From: an uncultured Nitrospirota bacterium
GTDB lineage: Bacteria; Nitrospirota; Thermodesulfovibrionia; Thermodesulfovibrionales; JdFR-85
Assembly: GCA_964515925.1 (NCBI GenBank)
Contig: CAZEYP010000006.1
Span: 11,591 to 75,590, forward strand
Reading direction: 5' to 3'
DNA length: 64,000 bases
Part shown: positions 63,371 to 64,000 of the stretch, one piece after another
Position numbering within the stretch: position 1 is the stretch's first letter
Layout of the letters: every line of letters begins with the position of its first letter
The notes under the pieces: model-generated
Told to the model about the DNA's origin: nothing
The model's database searches: none
What the model saw: only the letters and a program-made list of their open reading frames with translations
Program-made: the position numbers and the translations under genes

Positions 63371-64000
63371 AGTTATAAATCTATACAAGCCCCCGGATAT
63401 CACATCCCATAAGGCTGTTAAGAAGGTACAGGGCATTCTTGGGGCAAAAAAGGCAGGCCATGCGGGCACCCTTGATCCCTTTGCCGAAGGGGTGTTGCTT
63501 GTCTGCATAAACAGTGCTACCCGCATTGTAGAGTTTCTCATTGACCTAAAAAAGGAATACATTGTAGAGATACAGCTTGGAATAGAAACCGATACCTTTG
63601 ATATCACAGGTAATACAGTCAACGAAAAGGATCCCTCGCATGTTACTGAAGAGCAACTAATAGATGTTTTCAGTAATTTCAGAGGTGAAATATTACAGAC
63701 ACCACCAGTGTATTCGGCTATAAAAAAAGGAGGTGTTCCTCTTTATAAACTTGCAAGAAAGGGTATTACTGTAGAACCTGAACCAAGGCGTGTGTATATT
63801 GAAGAGCTAAAACTCTTAAATTTTAATACACCTTATGTTATAATTTCAGTCAAATGTTCAAAGGGAACCTATGTGAGGTCCTTAGTGAATGATATAGGGA
63901 GACAGTTAGAGGTGGGAGCAGTTGTGAAGTCATTAAAGAGAACTGCTGTGGGTAACTTTAGGGCTGAAGAATCTGTAAGCCTTAGTGAGCTTGAAGCAGG
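63309..64000 (+). CDS. truB: tRNA pseudouridine-55 synthase TruB (partial; runs off window end); start codon lies inside the 9-mer array
   Basis: Not in the ORF track because it is open at the window edge. My translation reads [65 protein letters not shown] (catalytic Asp motif GTLDP). The only in-frame ATGs upstream of NGVINLYKP are 63309 (AAGGA 5 nt upstream) and 63318. Confidence 0.85.
   Translation, partial: [230 protein letters not shown]

Overview
This is a 64 kb bacterial chromosomal window of roughly 43-45% GC by eye. I cannot assign taxonomy from sequence alone. The gene content suggests an anaerobic respirer. About 65 protein genes are tightly packed and mostly housekeeping. They include a nap-type nitrate reductase cluster (napA, a small lipoprotein and a NapG-like ferredoxin), the rpsU-yqeY-nif3-dnaG-rpoD string, and a PsrABC-type molybdoenzyme operon. 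There is also a lysC/ApgM-like/thrC cluster joined to NIL, a ThiS/MoaD-like carrier and a second ThrC paralog. Other genes are proS, aroB, hisF, tkt, a cbiF-cbiH fusion, rpsP-KH-rimM-trmD-rplS-rnhB, ftsK-uppP-DUF815-IMPase, a cadC-cadA-like metal module, nfu, amiC, nadB, pyk, tig-clpP-clpX, rpmB and infB-DUF503-rbfA-nrnA-truB. RNA genes found by eye are tRNA-Asp(GTC), tRNA-Met(CAT) and RNase P RNA (type A, long P12). No CRISPR array, transposase, integrase or recognisable defence system was seen. The most notable observations are five. (1) An in-frame TGA sits exactly at the first Cys of the CxxC motif of an otherwise intact HMA domain in the P1B ATPase. An fdhF-SECIS-like hairpin lies downstream, so this is either a selenocysteine candidate or a fresh nonsense mutation. 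(2) A family of mosaic short-period intergenic repeats recurs at 9 or more loci, usually sense-oriented just upstream of genes. Its classes are G-tract heptamers with G-quadruplex potential, 9-bp AACGCAAT-type arrays and GATTTNN heptamers. One 58-bp core is perfectly duplicated 59 kb apart, and one 9-mer array supplies the truB start codon. (3) Iteron-like arrays lie next to tRNA-Asp. (4) A putative sulfur-carrier/ThrC-paralog module sits at the threonine branch point. (5) Several apparently leaderless genes have a TATAAT 6-7 nt before the ATG. All calls come from reading the sequence and from remembered family signatures. No database search was run.
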